DNA of 64,000 nt from Bacteroidales bacterium (GTDB taxonomy: Bacteria; Bacteroidota; Bacteroidia; Bacteroidales; GCA-2748055). Under the pieces are notes generated by a model. That model had not been told where the DNA came from. It worked only from the letters and a program-made list of their open reading frames with translations, and ran no database searches. The stretch spans positions 6,569 to 70,568 of the forward strand of contig JBBDIE010000175.1 in the NCBI GenBank assembly GCA_040880545.1, given 5' to 3'. The translations under genes and the position numbers were made by a program. Positions 10,154-20,476 of the stretch are shown piece by piece (positions within the stretch are counted from its first letter, which is position 1; the number at the start of each line of letters is the position of its first letter).

Positions 10154-11986
10154 TCAACTGCCCACCAGTTTTCCTGCCAGATCTCCTCTCCCTATTCTTA
10201 CCAGTTCTTCCCTGATCTTCCTTTTGTATTCTGTTTTGTACCAGAAGAAGAAGATCAGTTGGTTTGTCTTCTCTGTTTCGGATCTTGCTGTGACAACCTT
10301 TTGCAGACTATAAGGATCATATCCCGAATAAAACATGGTAGTGGCCAGCGTCATGGGAGTAGGGGTAAAGTCCTGTACCTGTTCAAGTCTGAAACCCTGG
10401 CTTTTGGTTAGCACTGCCAATTCTGCCATAGCTTCTGATCTGCAGCCTGGATGACCAGATATAAAATAGGGGATGAGCTGTTGTTTTAAACCCTCCTGTG
10501 CATTGATCCTCGTAAATTCCTTATATAGCATCTCAAATAGCATGTAACCGGGTTTTCTTATGATATTCAGTACACCCGGGTCAGTGTGTTCAGGGGCCAC
10601 TTTCAACCTCCCTGAAACATGATTTTTTACCAGATTCCTGAAATATTCCCTGAAATGGTTATTCTCCTCATTCTGAGCCAGGAAATCGTACCTTATGCCA
10701 CTTCCGATGGTTATTTTTCTGACACCTTTAATCTTTGATGCATCACGATAAAGCTTAATCATGGGACTGTGGTCGGTTTTCAGGTTGTTACAGATGGAGG
10801 GATGGAGACACGATGGGCGGCGGCATACCCTGCAAATTTTCTCATTTACCCCGTGCATCAGGTACATGTTGGCCGACGGACCTCCAAGATCTGTAATCTG
10901 TCCTTTGAAATCCTCCATCAGGGTAATAATTTTAACCTCATTCAGAATAGATGATCTGCTTCGGCTCTGTACGAATTTTCCCTGGTGTGCTGAAATAGTG
11001 CAAAAACTGCATCCACCGAAACAGCCGCGATGTGTATTTACTGAGTGCCTGATCATTTCAAAAGAAGGAACCGCTGCTTTGTTGTGATACTTGGAATGGG
11101 GAAGCCTGGTGTATGGCAGATCATAGATTCGATCCAGCTCCTTTTCGGTCAATAAATCCCACGGCGGATTCACAACAATTACCTGGCTATCACATTTCTG
11201 TGTCAATAAACCGGGATCGGACAAGTTGGATGCAACCTCAATCCTGGCAAAGTTTTCGGCAAATCGCTTTTTACTTTTCAGGCAATTTTCATGACTATAA
11301 AGTTCCACATGCTTTCTGTTCCCCAGGATTTCTGATAAATGGTCCGCGGGCCCCGTAATCACAGTCTGGGCAAGATTGGTTATTTGTTGTATCGGCACTC
11401 CCTGGTCCAGTAATCGGGCAAGCTGCAGGATCGATTTTTCACCCATTCCATAAATGATCATGTCTGCACCCGAATCCAGGATAATACTCTTTTGCAACGT
11501 ATCTTTCCAGTAATCGTAATGTGTAAACCGGCGAAGGGATGCTTCTACACCACCCAGGATCACTGGTGAATCAGGGTACAGTTTCTTTAAAATCCTGGTA
11601 TAGACGATGGATGGGTAATCGGGTCTCTTTCCACTGATATTTCCTGGGGTATATGCGTCCGTGGATCGCTTACGTTTTCGGGCCGTGTAATGATTTACCA
11701 TGGAATCCATCGCCCCTGCAGAAACTCCGAAAAACAGACGGGGCTTACCCAGCTTCCTGAAATCCCGCAGATCATCCTGCCAGTTGGGTTGAGGCACAAT
11801 GGCAACCTTGTATCCGGCTGCCTCCAGTACACGGCCGATAACAGCAATACCGAAAGATGGGTGATCAATATAGGCATCACCACTGAACAGGATCACATCA
11901 GGCTGGTCCCAGTTCCTGGCTTTTACCTCTTTTGCCGTGGTTGGCAACCAGGGAAAAACCGGATGTTTTGTTGCTGTTTGGTTCAA
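10154..11986 (-). CDS. ygiQ: YgiQ family radical SAM protein (UPF0313)
   Basis: FLP-type N-terminus (WLPTTAKEVKARNWDQPDVILFSGDAYIDHPSFG), CFGGCSFC cluster motif, 610 aa. Confidence 0.9.
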   Translation of the reverse strand: MNQTATKHPVFPWLPTTAKEVKARNWDQPDVILFSGDAYIDHPSFGIAVIGRVLEAAGYKVAIVPQPNWQDDLRDFRKLGKPRLFFGVSAGAMDSMVNHYTARKRKRSTDAYTPGNISGKRPDYPSIVYTRILKKLYPDSPVILGGVEASLRRFTHYDYWKDTLQKSIILDSGADMIIYGMGEKSILQLARLLDQGVPIQQITNLAQTVITGPADHLSEILGNRKHVELYSHENCLKSKKRFAENFARIEVASNLSDPGLLTQKCDSQVIVVNPPWDLLTEKELDRIYDLPYTRLPHSKYHNKAAVPSFEMIRHSVNTHRGCFGGCSFCTISAHQGKFVQSRSRSSILNEVKIITLMEDFKGQITDLGGPSANMYLMHGVNEKICRVCRRPSCLHPSICNNLKTDHSPMIKLYRDASKIKGVRKITIGSGIRYDFLAQNEENNHFREYFRNLVKNHVSGRLKVAPEHTDPGVLNIIRKPGYMLFEMLYKEFTRINAQEGLKQQLIPYFISGHPGCRSEAMAELAVLTKSQGFRLEQVQDFTPTPMTLATTMFYSGYDPYSLQKVVTARSETEKTNQLIFFFWYKTEYKRKIREELVRIGRGDLAGKLVGS

Positions 11987-12072
11987 TTAGAGTGTCAATA
12001 TCAGTAAGTTATTCCGGCACTTTTTCGGATCAGTGCCTTTAGCTCCATCCACGTATATCTGTTTTGTAATTT

Positions 12073-14250
12073 TTAAAGGTTCTCCAATATAAAATCGGTC
12101 ATTCTTGTATAAAGATGAAAGGTTGAATTTCCGCCATATATACCATGGCTTTTATTGGGATAAAAAAACATATCAAATTGTTTGTCGGCCTCCACAAGTG
12201 CTGATACAAAATCAACACTGTTCTGGAGATGCACATTGTCATCAGCTGTTCCATGGATCAGTAACAATTTACCTTTCAACTGACCGGCAAAATTAATGGG
12301 CGAATTATCATCATAACCATGGGGGTTTTCCCGGGGTGTGCGCATGAATCTTTCTGTGTATATGGTATCGTAATAGCGCCAGTTTGTTACAGGGGCGCCG
12401 GCAATTCCCATTTTAAACAAGCCGTTACCCTTGGTCAGACATAAACTGGTCATGAATCCTCCGTAACTCCATCCAAATATACCAATGCGTTTGCTGTCAA
12501 TATAATCCAGATCTCCCAGATAGGTTGCAGCCTCCACCTGGTCTATTGTCTCCAGATTACCCATTTGCAAATAGGTTGATTTTCTGAATTCTTCACCCCG
12601 TCCGTTGGTGCCCCTGTTATCAACACAGGCTACGATATATCCTTCCTGGACCAGCAACTGGAACCACGGGGACCGGCGGTTCCAACTGTCCACAACATTT
12701 TGTGATTCAGGTCCGCCATACACATAGATGAATAGTGGGTACTGCCGGGCAGGATCGAAATTGGCAGGTTTGATCATATAGCCATTCAGGTTCTGTCCGC
12801 TCACTGTTGGTACCTGCATGAATTCTATGGGTGAGAACCCGAACTCTTCGGTATTTCTTTTAAGTTCTGCATTGTCTTCCAGTATGCGTACCTGTTTCCC
12901 TTTCCTGTTATACAATGCATACACCGGGGGTGTATTGGCATTTGATCGGGAAAGGATGTAATAATCGAATGAGGAGCTGAACGTTGCACTATAACTTCCT
13001 GGTTCTCCGGAGATTTTCTTTTTCCCGGTTCCATCCATTTTAATGGAATAGAGATGAATTGTGGTAGAAGATTCTTCATAGGAGGTATAATAAACAATCC
13101 CTCGTTTTTTATCCACCCCCTGCAGGGAGGATATATCATATGCACCGCTTGTCACCGGGTGGGTCTCCCCGGTTATAAAATTATGCAGGTAAAAATGAAA
13201 ATAGCCATCCCTTTCACTGATCAGCAAAAATGATTTGTTATCTGGCAGATAAGTAACCATATTATCGGTTGCTTCCGAAATATATTTCTCATTATGTTCT
13301 TCATAAACAGCCTTAGTTTCGCCGTTTACTGCATTCCAATGCAATACTTTTACATGGTTCTGCAATCGATTCAGCCAGATAAGACTCAGCACTTCCGTAT
13401 CATTTGTCCATTTGATCCTGGGAATATAAAACTCTTCGTCATCCGGCAAACTGATGGTTGTTGTCCGGGAATTTTCAATTTCCAATACCCTGATGGAGAC
13501 ATCGCTGTTTGTTTCACCTGCCTTGGGGTACTTGAAGGTATAGGCTTCAGGATACAGGTCACCAAACATGGTCATGAAATATTCTTTAACCCTGGTCTCG
13601 TCAAACCTGTAATAGGCAATCTTTTTTCCGTCGGGCGACCATTTGAAACCATCGGCAAACCCAAATTCCTCTTCATATACCCAATCGGGGGCTCCGTTAA
13701 TTATTTCATTCTTCTTTCCATCAAATGTAACTTGCGTTTCATTTTTGGTTGCCAGTTCAGTAAGGTAGATATTATTCTCCCTGACAAAGGCCACGTGCCG
13801 GTTGTCGGGAGAAAAGGCCGCCAGTTGTTGTTTGCCTCCTGAGGACAAAACGGTCAATTCACCGTTCAGCATATTATAGATAAAGTATTCAGCCAAAAAT
13901 GACCGTCTGTAAATTCGCTCCACATTTGTGGTAAGTAGAATGAACTTCTCATCGGCACTGAATGTGTAGCTGCTGAATGAGTTTATATAGTCGTGATCAC
14001 TTGCATCAAAGAGGACAGCAGTTTGTTCACCATCGGCATAAGCATGTTTGTCAATGGTTTTGCCCCGGTTATTCACGGTATAATGTTTTCCGTCATTCAT
14101 TGAATTAATGCCCTGTACCGATCTGGAGCCAAAGATGTTTTCCCTGTATATATTGTCGAGCGTAATTTTTTTTGTCTGACTTTTAATCACCTGGGACGAA
14201 CTTGCTAACAGGCAGATAATAAGCAATATAGAAAAGTTGAGGTTCTTCAT
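12073..14250 (-). CDS. Dipeptidyl-peptidase IV (S9B family serine peptidase)
   Basis: Signal peptide, DPPIV N-terminal beta-propeller region, catalytic GWSYGGFMT, and later GTADDNVH and SHGI (Ser-Asp-His). Confidence 0.9.
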   Translation of the reverse strand: MKNLNFSILLIICLLASSSQVIKSQTKKITLDNIYRENIFGSRSVQGINSMNDGKHYTVNNRGKTIDKHAYADGEQTAVLFDASDHDYINSFSSYTFSADEKFILLTTNVERIYRRSFLAEYFIYNMLNGELTVLSSGGKQQLAAFSPDNRHVAFVRENNIYLTELATKNETQVTFDGKKNEIINGAPDWVYEEEFGFADGFKWSPDGKKIAYYRFDETRVKEYFMTMFGDLYPEAYTFKYPKAGETNSDVSIRVLEIENSRTTTISLPDDEEFYIPRIKWTNDTEVLSLIWLNRLQNHVKVLHWNAVNGETKAVYEEHNEKYISEATDNMVTYLPDNKSFLLISERDGYFHFYLHNFITGETHPVTSGAYDISSLQGVDKKRGIVYYTSYEESSTTIHLYSIKMDGTGKKKISGEPGSYSATFSSSFDYYILSRSNANTPPVYALYNRKGKQVRILEDNAELKRNTEEFGFSPIEFMQVPTVSGQNLNGYMIKPANFDPARQYPLFIYVYGGPESQNVVDSWNRRSPWFQLLVQEGYIVACVDNRGTNGRGEEFRKSTYLQMGNLETIDQVEAATYLGDLDYIDSKRIGIFGWSYGGFMTSLCLTKGNGLFKMGIAGAPVTNWRYYDTIYTERFMRTPRENPHGYDDNSPINFAGQLKGKLLLIHGTADDNVHLQNSVDFVSALVEADKQFDMFFYPNKSHGIYGGNSTFHLYTRMTDFILENL

Positions 14251-14414
14251 GGTAAAGCATTTTTTTGATTATTGTAAAGGAATGAAATTCCTGTTAAAAA
14301 TCCTACATCACATTTTTGGCATATAATTTGGTTATATTCAGGTAAAGAATAATAATTTTGACCGAATGGCAGGGACCCTCATATTATTGCCTGCAGCATT
14401 TTAACTTTAAATCT

Positions 14415-15437
14415 ATGATCATGAAACGAATTATTACAATATCAGCAGTTCTGGCCCTCATACTTACAGGATGTAACAAAGATCCGGTATCCAATTTTGC
14501 ATATAGCCCCGCAAGTCCCAATACCGGCCAGAATATTTTATTCGAGAATCTTTCTTCAGACGCTGAATCATATGAATGGAACTTTGGAGATGGAAATGTA
14601 ACATCTGTACCCAATCCGGTTCATACATATATGGAAGGAGGCAGTTATACAATACTGCTTAAGGCATTCGGAAAAAGGGGAGGAATGGACATCAGTACAG
14701 AGACTATCAATGTGATATCAGTGGAACCTGTGGCTTCGTTCGGGATTTACACGGATCTTCCTGGAGATGACGGACCGTTTGCATTTGAAACCGATATTGT
14801 ATTTGTTGGTGAGCAGGTGGAGTTTTACAATACAACGGTGGATGGTTCAAGCTACCTGTGGGACTTTGGCGACGGATATACCTCTGAATTAGAGTCGCCG
14901 GTATACAGCTATGATGACCCGGGAACCTATGTGGTTAAGCTCCGTGCTTACGGAACAGGTAGTGAACAGAATTCCTATTCAAAAACAGTTGTGGTAGCAG
15001 AAGGCATCAACAGTGCACTGCGGATCACCGTCCTTGAATACTACGATGAGTATCCTGTGGCAGATGCTTCTGTACTGCTATATGAAACTGTATCCGACTG
15101 GGAAACTGAGACAAATCCCTCTGAAGAGGTCTTTACCACACCATTAGGTAAGTGTGTGTTTGATGGACTGAACTATCAGCGTTACTATGTGGATGTATGG
15201 GAGGCAGATCATGATAATTATTTACTTGCAGAAGAGGATGTTGGCTTTATTGAAACACAGATACTGGAGCCCGGTTATATCCATGATTTTATTGCTTACG
15301 TAGATTATTACGATCCGGCTAAAAAAGTTGCCATAACCAGGATTGCAAAGAAAGCGCTCGCAAAGGAACAGGTATCAGTGAAGAAGGCTTCTGAGTTAAG
15401 AACCGGGAAATTGAACAAATTCAGTAAGGAGCGATAA
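14415..15437 (+). CDS. Lipoprotein with two PKD domains and a C-terminal Ig/carboxypeptidase-regulatory-like domain
   Basis: MIMKRIITISAVLALILTGC lipobox. Two PKD signatures (YEWNFGDGN...HTY..GSYTILLKA and YLWDFGDGY...YSYDDPGTYVVKLRA). ATG at 14415 preferred over the upstream TTG at 14358. Confidence 0.8.
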   Translation: MIMKRIITISAVLALILTGCNKDPVSNFAYSPASPNTGQNILFENLSSDAESYEWNFGDGNVTSVPNPVHTYMEGGSYTILLKAFGKRGGMDISTETINVISVEPVASFGIYTDLPGDDGPFAFETDIVFVGEQVEFYNTTVDGSSYLWDFGDGYTSELESPVYSYDDPGTYVVKLRAYGTGSEQNSYSKTVVVAEGINSALRITVLEYYDEYPVADASVLLYETVSDWETETNPSEEVFTTPLGKCVFDGLNYQRYYVDVWEADHDNYLLAEEDVGFIETQILEPGYIHDFIAYVDYYDPAKKVAITRIAKKALAKEQVSVKKASELRTGKLNKFSKER

Positions 15438-15485
15438 AAAAATCTATTGGCTCAATATCATTGAACAAAAAATTAATATATTTGC

Positions 15486-15515
15486 AACCCCGAAATATTT
15501 CGGGGTTGTTCTTTT
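15486..15515 (+). terminator. Intrinsic terminator after the PKD lipoprotein gene
   Basis: aaccccgaaa-ta-tttcggggtt perfect hairpin (15486-15507) followed by gttctttt. Confidence 0.65.
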
Positions 15516-15522
15516 GATGTTT

Positions 15523-15606
15523 GCCCAGATGGCGGAATTGGTAGACGCGCTAGTTTCAGGGACTAGTATACGCAAGTATGTGCAGGTTCGAGTCCTGTTC
15601 TGGGCA
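15523..15606 (+). tRNA. tRNA-Leu (anticodon CAG)
   Basis: Folded by hand. Acceptor gcccaga/tctgggc, D arm gcg/cgc with AATTGGTAGA loop, anticodon stem ctagt/actag with loop TT-CAG-GG. Long variable arm (atac-gcaa-gtat), T arm gcagg-TTCGAGT-cctgt, discriminator A. No encoded CCA. Confidence 0.93.
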
Positions 15607-15631
15607 CAAATTTGATACAATAATAAAAATG

Positions 15632-15671
15632 AAAGCAACGAAATTCAATATTTTCGTTGCTTTTCTTTTTT
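15632..15671. terminator. Bidirectional terminator between tRNA-Leu and the convergent fucP
   Basis: 12-bp stem aaagcaacgaaa (15632-15643) / tttcgttgcttt (15652-15663). T-run on the plus strand and a T-rich tail on the minus strand. Confidence 0.65.
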
Positions 15672-15713
15672 GTTAAATTATTAATAGGGGTAAGTATTGG
15701 TTTCAGACATATT

Positions 15714-17015
15714 TTATCCTGATTTAGGATGAATTTTTAATGTCCTGTAACCGTAGACAGCTATCACGATAAAGCTGATTAATGGCAGGATAAAGGAGAA
15801 GTTGACGGCCGGCATAGATCCTACAGTCCCTAAATCAATGATAGCGCCCTGTAAAGGGGGCATCAATGCACCACCAACAATGGCCATAACGAGTCCGGCC
15901 GCTCCAATGGTAGCATCTTCACCCAGTCCTTCGAGCGCAATTCCATAAATTGTAGGAAACATAAGTGACATGAATGCCGAAGTTGCTACGAGCAGATATA
16001 AACCGATCATCCCCTGGATAAGAATCACCCCTGCTATGGTAATCATGCCTCCTATGGCAAATATGGTAAGTAGTAACCGCGCGTTCATATATCTCATCAG
16101 CATTGTACTGATAAACCGGCTAAAGAGGAAAATCACCATGGCCACAATGTTATAGTTTTGGGCCGTTGCTTTTGGAATTCCCAGGTTATCAGCATAATGA
16201 ATGATAAATGTCCAGCACATAATTTGTGCCCCGACATAAAAAACCTGTGCAATCACACCTTCACGATACCCCATGTTTTTTATGAGTCTTTTAAAAATAT
16301 CAGATGTTCTTATGGAGTGATCGGCTTCAGCCCTTTTGGGCATTTTTGAAAAGGCAATGATAACGAGCATTATAATAACTACAAGTCCTAAAATGACATA
16401 CGGATCACGTATAATAGCAAGATCGTGTGTTCGAATGACTGCCTTTTCAGCATCTCCCAGGGTGTTGAAAATTAAATTACCTGCTGTATCCCTTTTATCG
16501 GAATCAAGGGCTGAAAGGATGAAGTTGGAAGCCACAAACATTCCCAAGAGTGACCCTACGGGGTTAAATGATTGTGCCAGGTTTAGTCTACGTGTGGCTG
16601 TTTTAGGTGATCCCATGGACAAGATGTAAGGATTTGCAGTTGTTTCCAAAAAAGCCAGTCCAAAAGTAAGGATATAAAGTGAAACCAGGAAAAAGCCGAA
16701 AAATTCGAACTTTGCAGCCGGGAAGAACAACAAAGCTCCGATGGCGTACAGTAACAATCCCACTAGAATTCCTTTTTTATAACTGAATTTTTTGACAAAC
16801 AGTGCTGCCGGAATGGCCATTGTGGCATACCCGCCATAAAATGCAAACTGCACCATCGCAGCCTTAACATTCTTTATTTCCATCACAGTTTGAAATGCTG
16901 CAACCATTGGGTTGGTGATATCATTGGCAAAACCCCATAATGCAAATAAACAGGTAATAAGTATAAAGGGTAATAACATCTCTTTTGAAACCACAACTTT
17001 ATCAGGATCTTTCAT
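15714..17015 (-). CDS. fucP: L-fucose:H+ symporter permease (MFS)
   Basis: 433 aa, 12 predicted TM segments. The FucP-type N-terminus LPFILITCLFALWGFANDITNPMVAAFQ. Confidence 0.88.
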   Translation of the reverse strand: MKDPDKVVVSKEMLLPFILITCLFALWGFANDITNPMVAAFQTVMEIKNVKAAMVQFAFYGGYATMAIPAALFVKKFSYKKGILVGLLLYAIGALLFFPAAKFEFFGFFLVSLYILTFGLAFLETTANPYILSMGSPKTATRRLNLAQSFNPVGSLLGMFVASNFILSALDSDKRDTAGNLIFNTLGDAEKAVIRTHDLAIIRDPYVILGLVVIIMLVIIAFSKMPKRAEADHSIRTSDIFKRLIKNMGYREGVIAQVFYVGAQIMCWTFIIHYADNLGIPKATAQNYNIVAMVIFLFSRFISTMLMRYMNARLLLTIFAIGGMITIAGVILIQGMIGLYLLVATSAFMSLMFPTIYGIALEGLGEDATIGAAGLVMAIVGGALMPPLQGAIIDLGTVGSMPAVNFSFILPLISFIVIAVYGYRTLKIHPKSG

Positions 17016-17108
17016 GTTTACTATATTGATTATTTTTTAATGTAATGATAAAAATGCAATATTAATTTTGAATTTGTACCTTGCTATTACCTGCCGTGTG
17101 ATATAATA

Positions 17109-18188
17109 CTATAGATATTGATCCTTATTTGTCTTTTTTAAATATTCCACGATTTTTTTTACATCTTCAGCTCTTTCACGATGGCAAACCAGAGTTGTGT
17201 TCCCGTCCTGCACTACTACCACATCATCGAGGCCTACCAGTGCAACCAGACCATTTTCAGCATGAACATATGAATTCGAAGTATCCAGAAAAACTGCCTC
17301 CGAAGATGAATAATTTCCACTTTCATTTTTTTCGCTTACCTTGTATACCGACTCCCAACTTCCCAAATCATTCCAATCAAAATTTCCCTCTACCATATAG
17401 ATATTTTGGGCGTTTTCCATAATTCCGTAATCAATCGAGATGCTCTCAACTTTACGATAAATGCTATCCAGTGTATGTTCGTAACCAGGCTTACCCATTT
17501 CTGTCTGAATTTCTCGCAGACAGTAGTACAGGTCCGGGGCAAATTCCTTTACTGCATCCAGAATCACAGATACTTTAAAGACAAACATACCACTGTTCCA
17601 GTAAAAACCTCCCATTTCAAGGTAGGAGACTGCAGTTTCATAATCGGGTTTCTCAACAAATTGTTCTACGGTAAACTGCCTGATTTTTCTATTACCCGTA
17701 ATTTCATTGTTAATCTTTACAAATCCGTAGCCGGTTGCCGGGTAAGTCGGGGTAATTCCTATGGTAACGATCCCGTTTTGATTTTCAGCTAAATTTACCG
17801 CCTCTAATATTGTTTCACTGAATATCTCATTATTCTTTATAAGATGATCAGATGGAGATACGATCATGATCCCGTCCGGATTTTCCTTTTGAGTAAACAT
17901 GGCAGCCAGACCAATGCATGGCAGTGTGTTTTTTCCCACGGGTTCGTATATCAGGTTTTTTTGGGGAATCTCAGGAGTCTGTTCTTCCAGAATTTGTTTT
18001 TGGTTCAGACTGGAAACGATGTAAATGTTCTCTGTTTCCAAAAAATTTTGAAACCGACGAACTGTGGATTGTAATAAAGATTCGTTGCCAAAGAGGTTTA
18101 AAAACTGCTTGGGTTTGGCTTGTTTACTTCGTGGCCAGAAACGAGTGCCTGAGCCACCAGCCATTATAAGACTATAGATATTTTTCAT
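17109..18188 (-). CDS. manC: Mannose-1-phosphate guanylyltransferase (GDP-hexose pyrophosphorylase, RmlA/GlmU fold)
   Basis: MAGGSGTRFWPRSKQAKPKQFLNL, EPVGKNTLPCI, SPSDH, FVEKPD. 359 aa, no PMI domain. Confidence 0.85.
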   Translation of the reverse strand: MKNIYSLIMAGGSGTRFWPRSKQAKPKQFLNLFGNESLLQSTVRRFQNFLETENIYIVSSLNQKQILEEQTPEIPQKNLIYEPVGKNTLPCIGLAAMFTQKENPDGIMIVSPSDHLIKNNEIFSETILEAVNLAENQNGIVTIGITPTYPATGYGFVKINNEITGNRKIRQFTVEQFVEKPDYETAVSYLEMGGFYWNSGMFVFKVSVILDAVKEFAPDLYYCLREIQTEMGKPGYEHTLDSIYRKVESISIDYGIMENAQNIYMVEGNFDWNDLGSWESVYKVSEKNESGNYSSSEAVFLDTSNSYVHAENGLVALVGLDDVVVVQDGNTTLVCHRERAEDVKKIVEYLKKTNKDQYL

Positions 18189-18260
18189 ATTTATGGGTTG
18201 AATCTGTTTCCCCGGGAATTAAATGATTGTGGAAAATTATAATGAAGAAAATCGGTTGGA

Positions 18261-19826
18261 CTATTTTAATTCAATTTTAAAGACAGTAGCCATCTCATCT
18301 ATAGATTCGTCAGTTGTAACAAGTTGTAATCCAGCATCTATAAGTTTATATTCAACTTTATTATGGCTCCCAAGCAATGTTACATTTTTTATGGCACGGT
18401 GGCTTGCCCATTCATCCTTGGAAAATGCAGTTAAAAGTATCTCGGAATTGGCCTTAGGGCTACCCAGAAGAATGGAATAAATTACATTCTCTTTCGTAGT
18501 ATACCGTATGTCTTTTGCTGAATATTTTATCTTCAGAAATTCCTCCCGATTGCTAAAATGACCCTCTGGTTCCTTGGTTGGTCCTTCGCCATAGGTATAC
18601 CATGGACGGGTTTCATATATAGATTCACCGTATTTATCCAGCCATTCCCCCATGGTTAGTAAAACATTTTGCTGCTCCTCGGGTATGGTACCGTCGGATT
18701 TTGGAGAAATATTAAGTAATAGTACTCCGTTTTTACTAACAATGTCGATTAAAACATGCAAGACATCCTCAGCCGGTTTAATTTGCAGATTTTCTGTATA
18801 ACACCAGCTTCCGGAACTGACAGTTTCGTCGGTCATCCATGCCTTTTCTTCAAGTCGATTTTTACGTGATTTCTCCAGGTCATCAACACTTACATCAAGC
18901 GGTAAATCATCTTGTTTCCTGACAATTACAACCTCTTTTCCCAACTTTTCTGCTTCATTCAGGTAATAGGCACAAAATTTAAGTTGGTACTCTTCTGGAA
19001 TCTGATCCAGCCAGGAATCAAACCAAATAATGTCAGGCTGATATTTATCAATCACCTCCTTCAATTTTCCGAACCATATATCTTCCAGCCATTCATTCTC
19101 AGGGATATTCCCATAAAGGTAATTCAGTTCTTCGTCATTGAGCGACGGTGGCATCCCTTCAAACAACGGATAATGACTATTCTGAAATGCTTTGCGCATG
19201 GGCCTGTCTATATCTGAGTGGAGCTTTTCGATTTCCTCTTGCTCTATTCCTTGATAGCGTTGCAGTTGTTTAGCATGGTGAAATGTTGTGATGAATTTTA
19301 ATCCCTGATCTCTGAACGCTTTTTCCATCTCGCCGGTAATATCACGCTGTGGGCCTTTTTTTCCTGCATTCCACGGCGTAACATCGCTGTCCCACATTGC
19401 AAAGCCATCGTGGTGTTCGGCAACCGGACCGGCAAAGCGGGCACCTGCTTTTTTAAATAGGGAGCTCCATTCTTCTGCATCAAATTCTTCTGCTGTGAAC
19501 ATCGGGACAAAATCATGATATCCAAATTCAGATGGGTGTCCATATTTTTCAAGGTGATGGACGTATTCATCAGTTCCTTCGAAATGCATCCAGCGGGGAT
19601 ACCATTCAGTGCCGAAAGCCGGGACCGAGTATACCCCCCAATGAAAATAGATTCCCAGTTTAGCATCCTTAAACCAACCGGGCTCTTCATTATGTTTTGC
19701 AAGTGATTCCCATGATTCCTCGTATTCGACTTGATTTTCTTGTTCATTAGAAGCTTTATTGCCTGAAATTCCACAACCAGTGAATGCGATCATTAATAGC
19801 AGGAGGCCCAAGGTTTTTATTTTCAT
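18261..19826 (-). CDS. Alpha-L-fucosidase, GH29 (lipoprotein)
   Basis: MKIKTLGLLLLMIAFTGC lipobox (ATG = cat at 19824-19826). WFKDAKLGIYFHWGVYSVPAFGTEWYPRWM, GPVAEHHDGFAMWDS, PDIIWFDSW (nucleophile Asp region). Confidence 0.9.
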   Translation of the reverse strand: MKIKTLGLLLLMIAFTGCGISGNKASNEQENQVEYEESWESLAKHNEEPGWFKDAKLGIYFHWGVYSVPAFGTEWYPRWMHFEGTDEYVHHLEKYGHPSEFGYHDFVPMFTAEEFDAEEWSSLFKKAGARFAGPVAEHHDGFAMWDSDVTPWNAGKKGPQRDITGEMEKAFRDQGLKFITTFHHAKQLQRYQGIEQEEIEKLHSDIDRPMRKAFQNSHYPLFEGMPPSLNDEELNYLYGNIPENEWLEDIWFGKLKEVIDKYQPDIIWFDSWLDQIPEEYQLKFCAYYLNEAEKLGKEVVIVRKQDDLPLDVSVDDLEKSRKNRLEEKAWMTDETVSSGSWCYTENLQIKPAEDVLHVLIDIVSKNGVLLLNISPKSDGTIPEEQQNVLLTMGEWLDKYGESIYETRPWYTYGEGPTKEPEGHFSNREEFLKIKYSAKDIRYTTKENVIYSILLGSPKANSEILLTAFSKDEWASHRAIKNVTLLGSHNKVEYKLIDAGLQLVTTDESIDEMATVFKIELK

Positions 19827-20088
19827 CAGTTTGATATTAGTTACTGAGTGCTTGCAAGAAAATGTCAATAGCTGCGTTATGCTCGACTTCAAAACAGTCA
19901 TCGCAATCCCCTGTTAAAGAACTGGGCAGCCATTGCTCTTGACGTTTTCTTATCAAATACTACATCGTTTTATGAGTTTTCTTTCTAACACTACTTGTAA
20001 GTTTCAGTTAAATAATAAACTCTGTATTAAAACACTTATAAATCAATGCCATATTATTCTTTGTACAATGATGCCACCTTTGGCAATC

Positions 20089-20442
20089 TCATTTGTCTTC
20101 AAGTTTATAAATTCGTTCCATTAATTGCCACTTGTTTCCCGCTGTTGTGCCAGGTGATGTTTTCTGAAATCGTGCAACATAATCTTCCCACTCACTCTGC
20201 CTGGGTTTTAAGGCTAGCTCAGCCATTGCTTTATCATGATCAAAATCATTAACTGTTTCCATGATCATAAATAACCTGTTTCCGTGAATATATATCTCCA
20301 TGTCTGTTATACCCACTTCACGCATTCCCTGGGTTATATCGGGCCATGCCGCTCTAGGAGCATGGACCTTTATATATTCTCTTATAGTAGGGGGATCATC
20401 TTCTAAATCAAGTGTTTTGCAATATCTTTTGAATGTCGTCAT
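20089..20442 (-). CDS. L-rhamnose mutarotase (RhaM) family protein, probable L-6-deoxyhexose/L-hexose mutarotase
   Basis: 117 aa ferredoxin-like dimeric alpha/beta-barrel pattern. EYIKVHA..WPDI...MREVGITDMEIY..GNRLFMIME resembles RhaM. Confidence 0.75.
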   Translation of the reverse strand: MTTFKRYCKTLDLEDDPPTIREYIKVHAPRAAWPDITQGMREVGITDMEIYIHGNRLFMIMETVNDFDHDKAMAELALKPRQSEWEDYVARFQKTSPGTTAGNKWQLMERIYKLEDK

Positions 20443-20476
20443 ATCTTTTTAAAAAGTAGAAGTTAGTTTGGAACGA

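Noticed and set aside
12016-12040. Hairpin ggcact-ttttcggatc-agtgcc after the DPP-IV stop as a terminator
   Set aside because: The stem is only 6 bp, and there is no T-run on the minus strand where it would be needed. Too weak to report.
13294-13842. 182-aa ORF antisense to the DPP-IV gene
   Set aside because: It lies entirely within a strongly supported CDS on the other strand. No recognisable motifs.
15523-15606. tRNA-Leu as an integration site marking the PUL as a genomic island
   Set aside because: There is no integrase, transposase or direct repeat of the tRNA 3' end anywhere in the window. The tRNA is separated from the PUL by a convergent terminator. Composition does not visibly change.
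15444-15638. 64-aa minus-strand ORF
   Set aside because: It overlaps the tRNA-Leu gene and its flanking terminators.
19298-19774. 158-aa alternative-frame ORF inside GH29 (similarly 33500-33889 inside a sulfatase, and 48471-48887 antisense to GH29)
   Set aside because: They are nested in CDSs with full-length family signatures, and their compositions are odd (Met/Cys/Trp-rich). Treated as frame noise.
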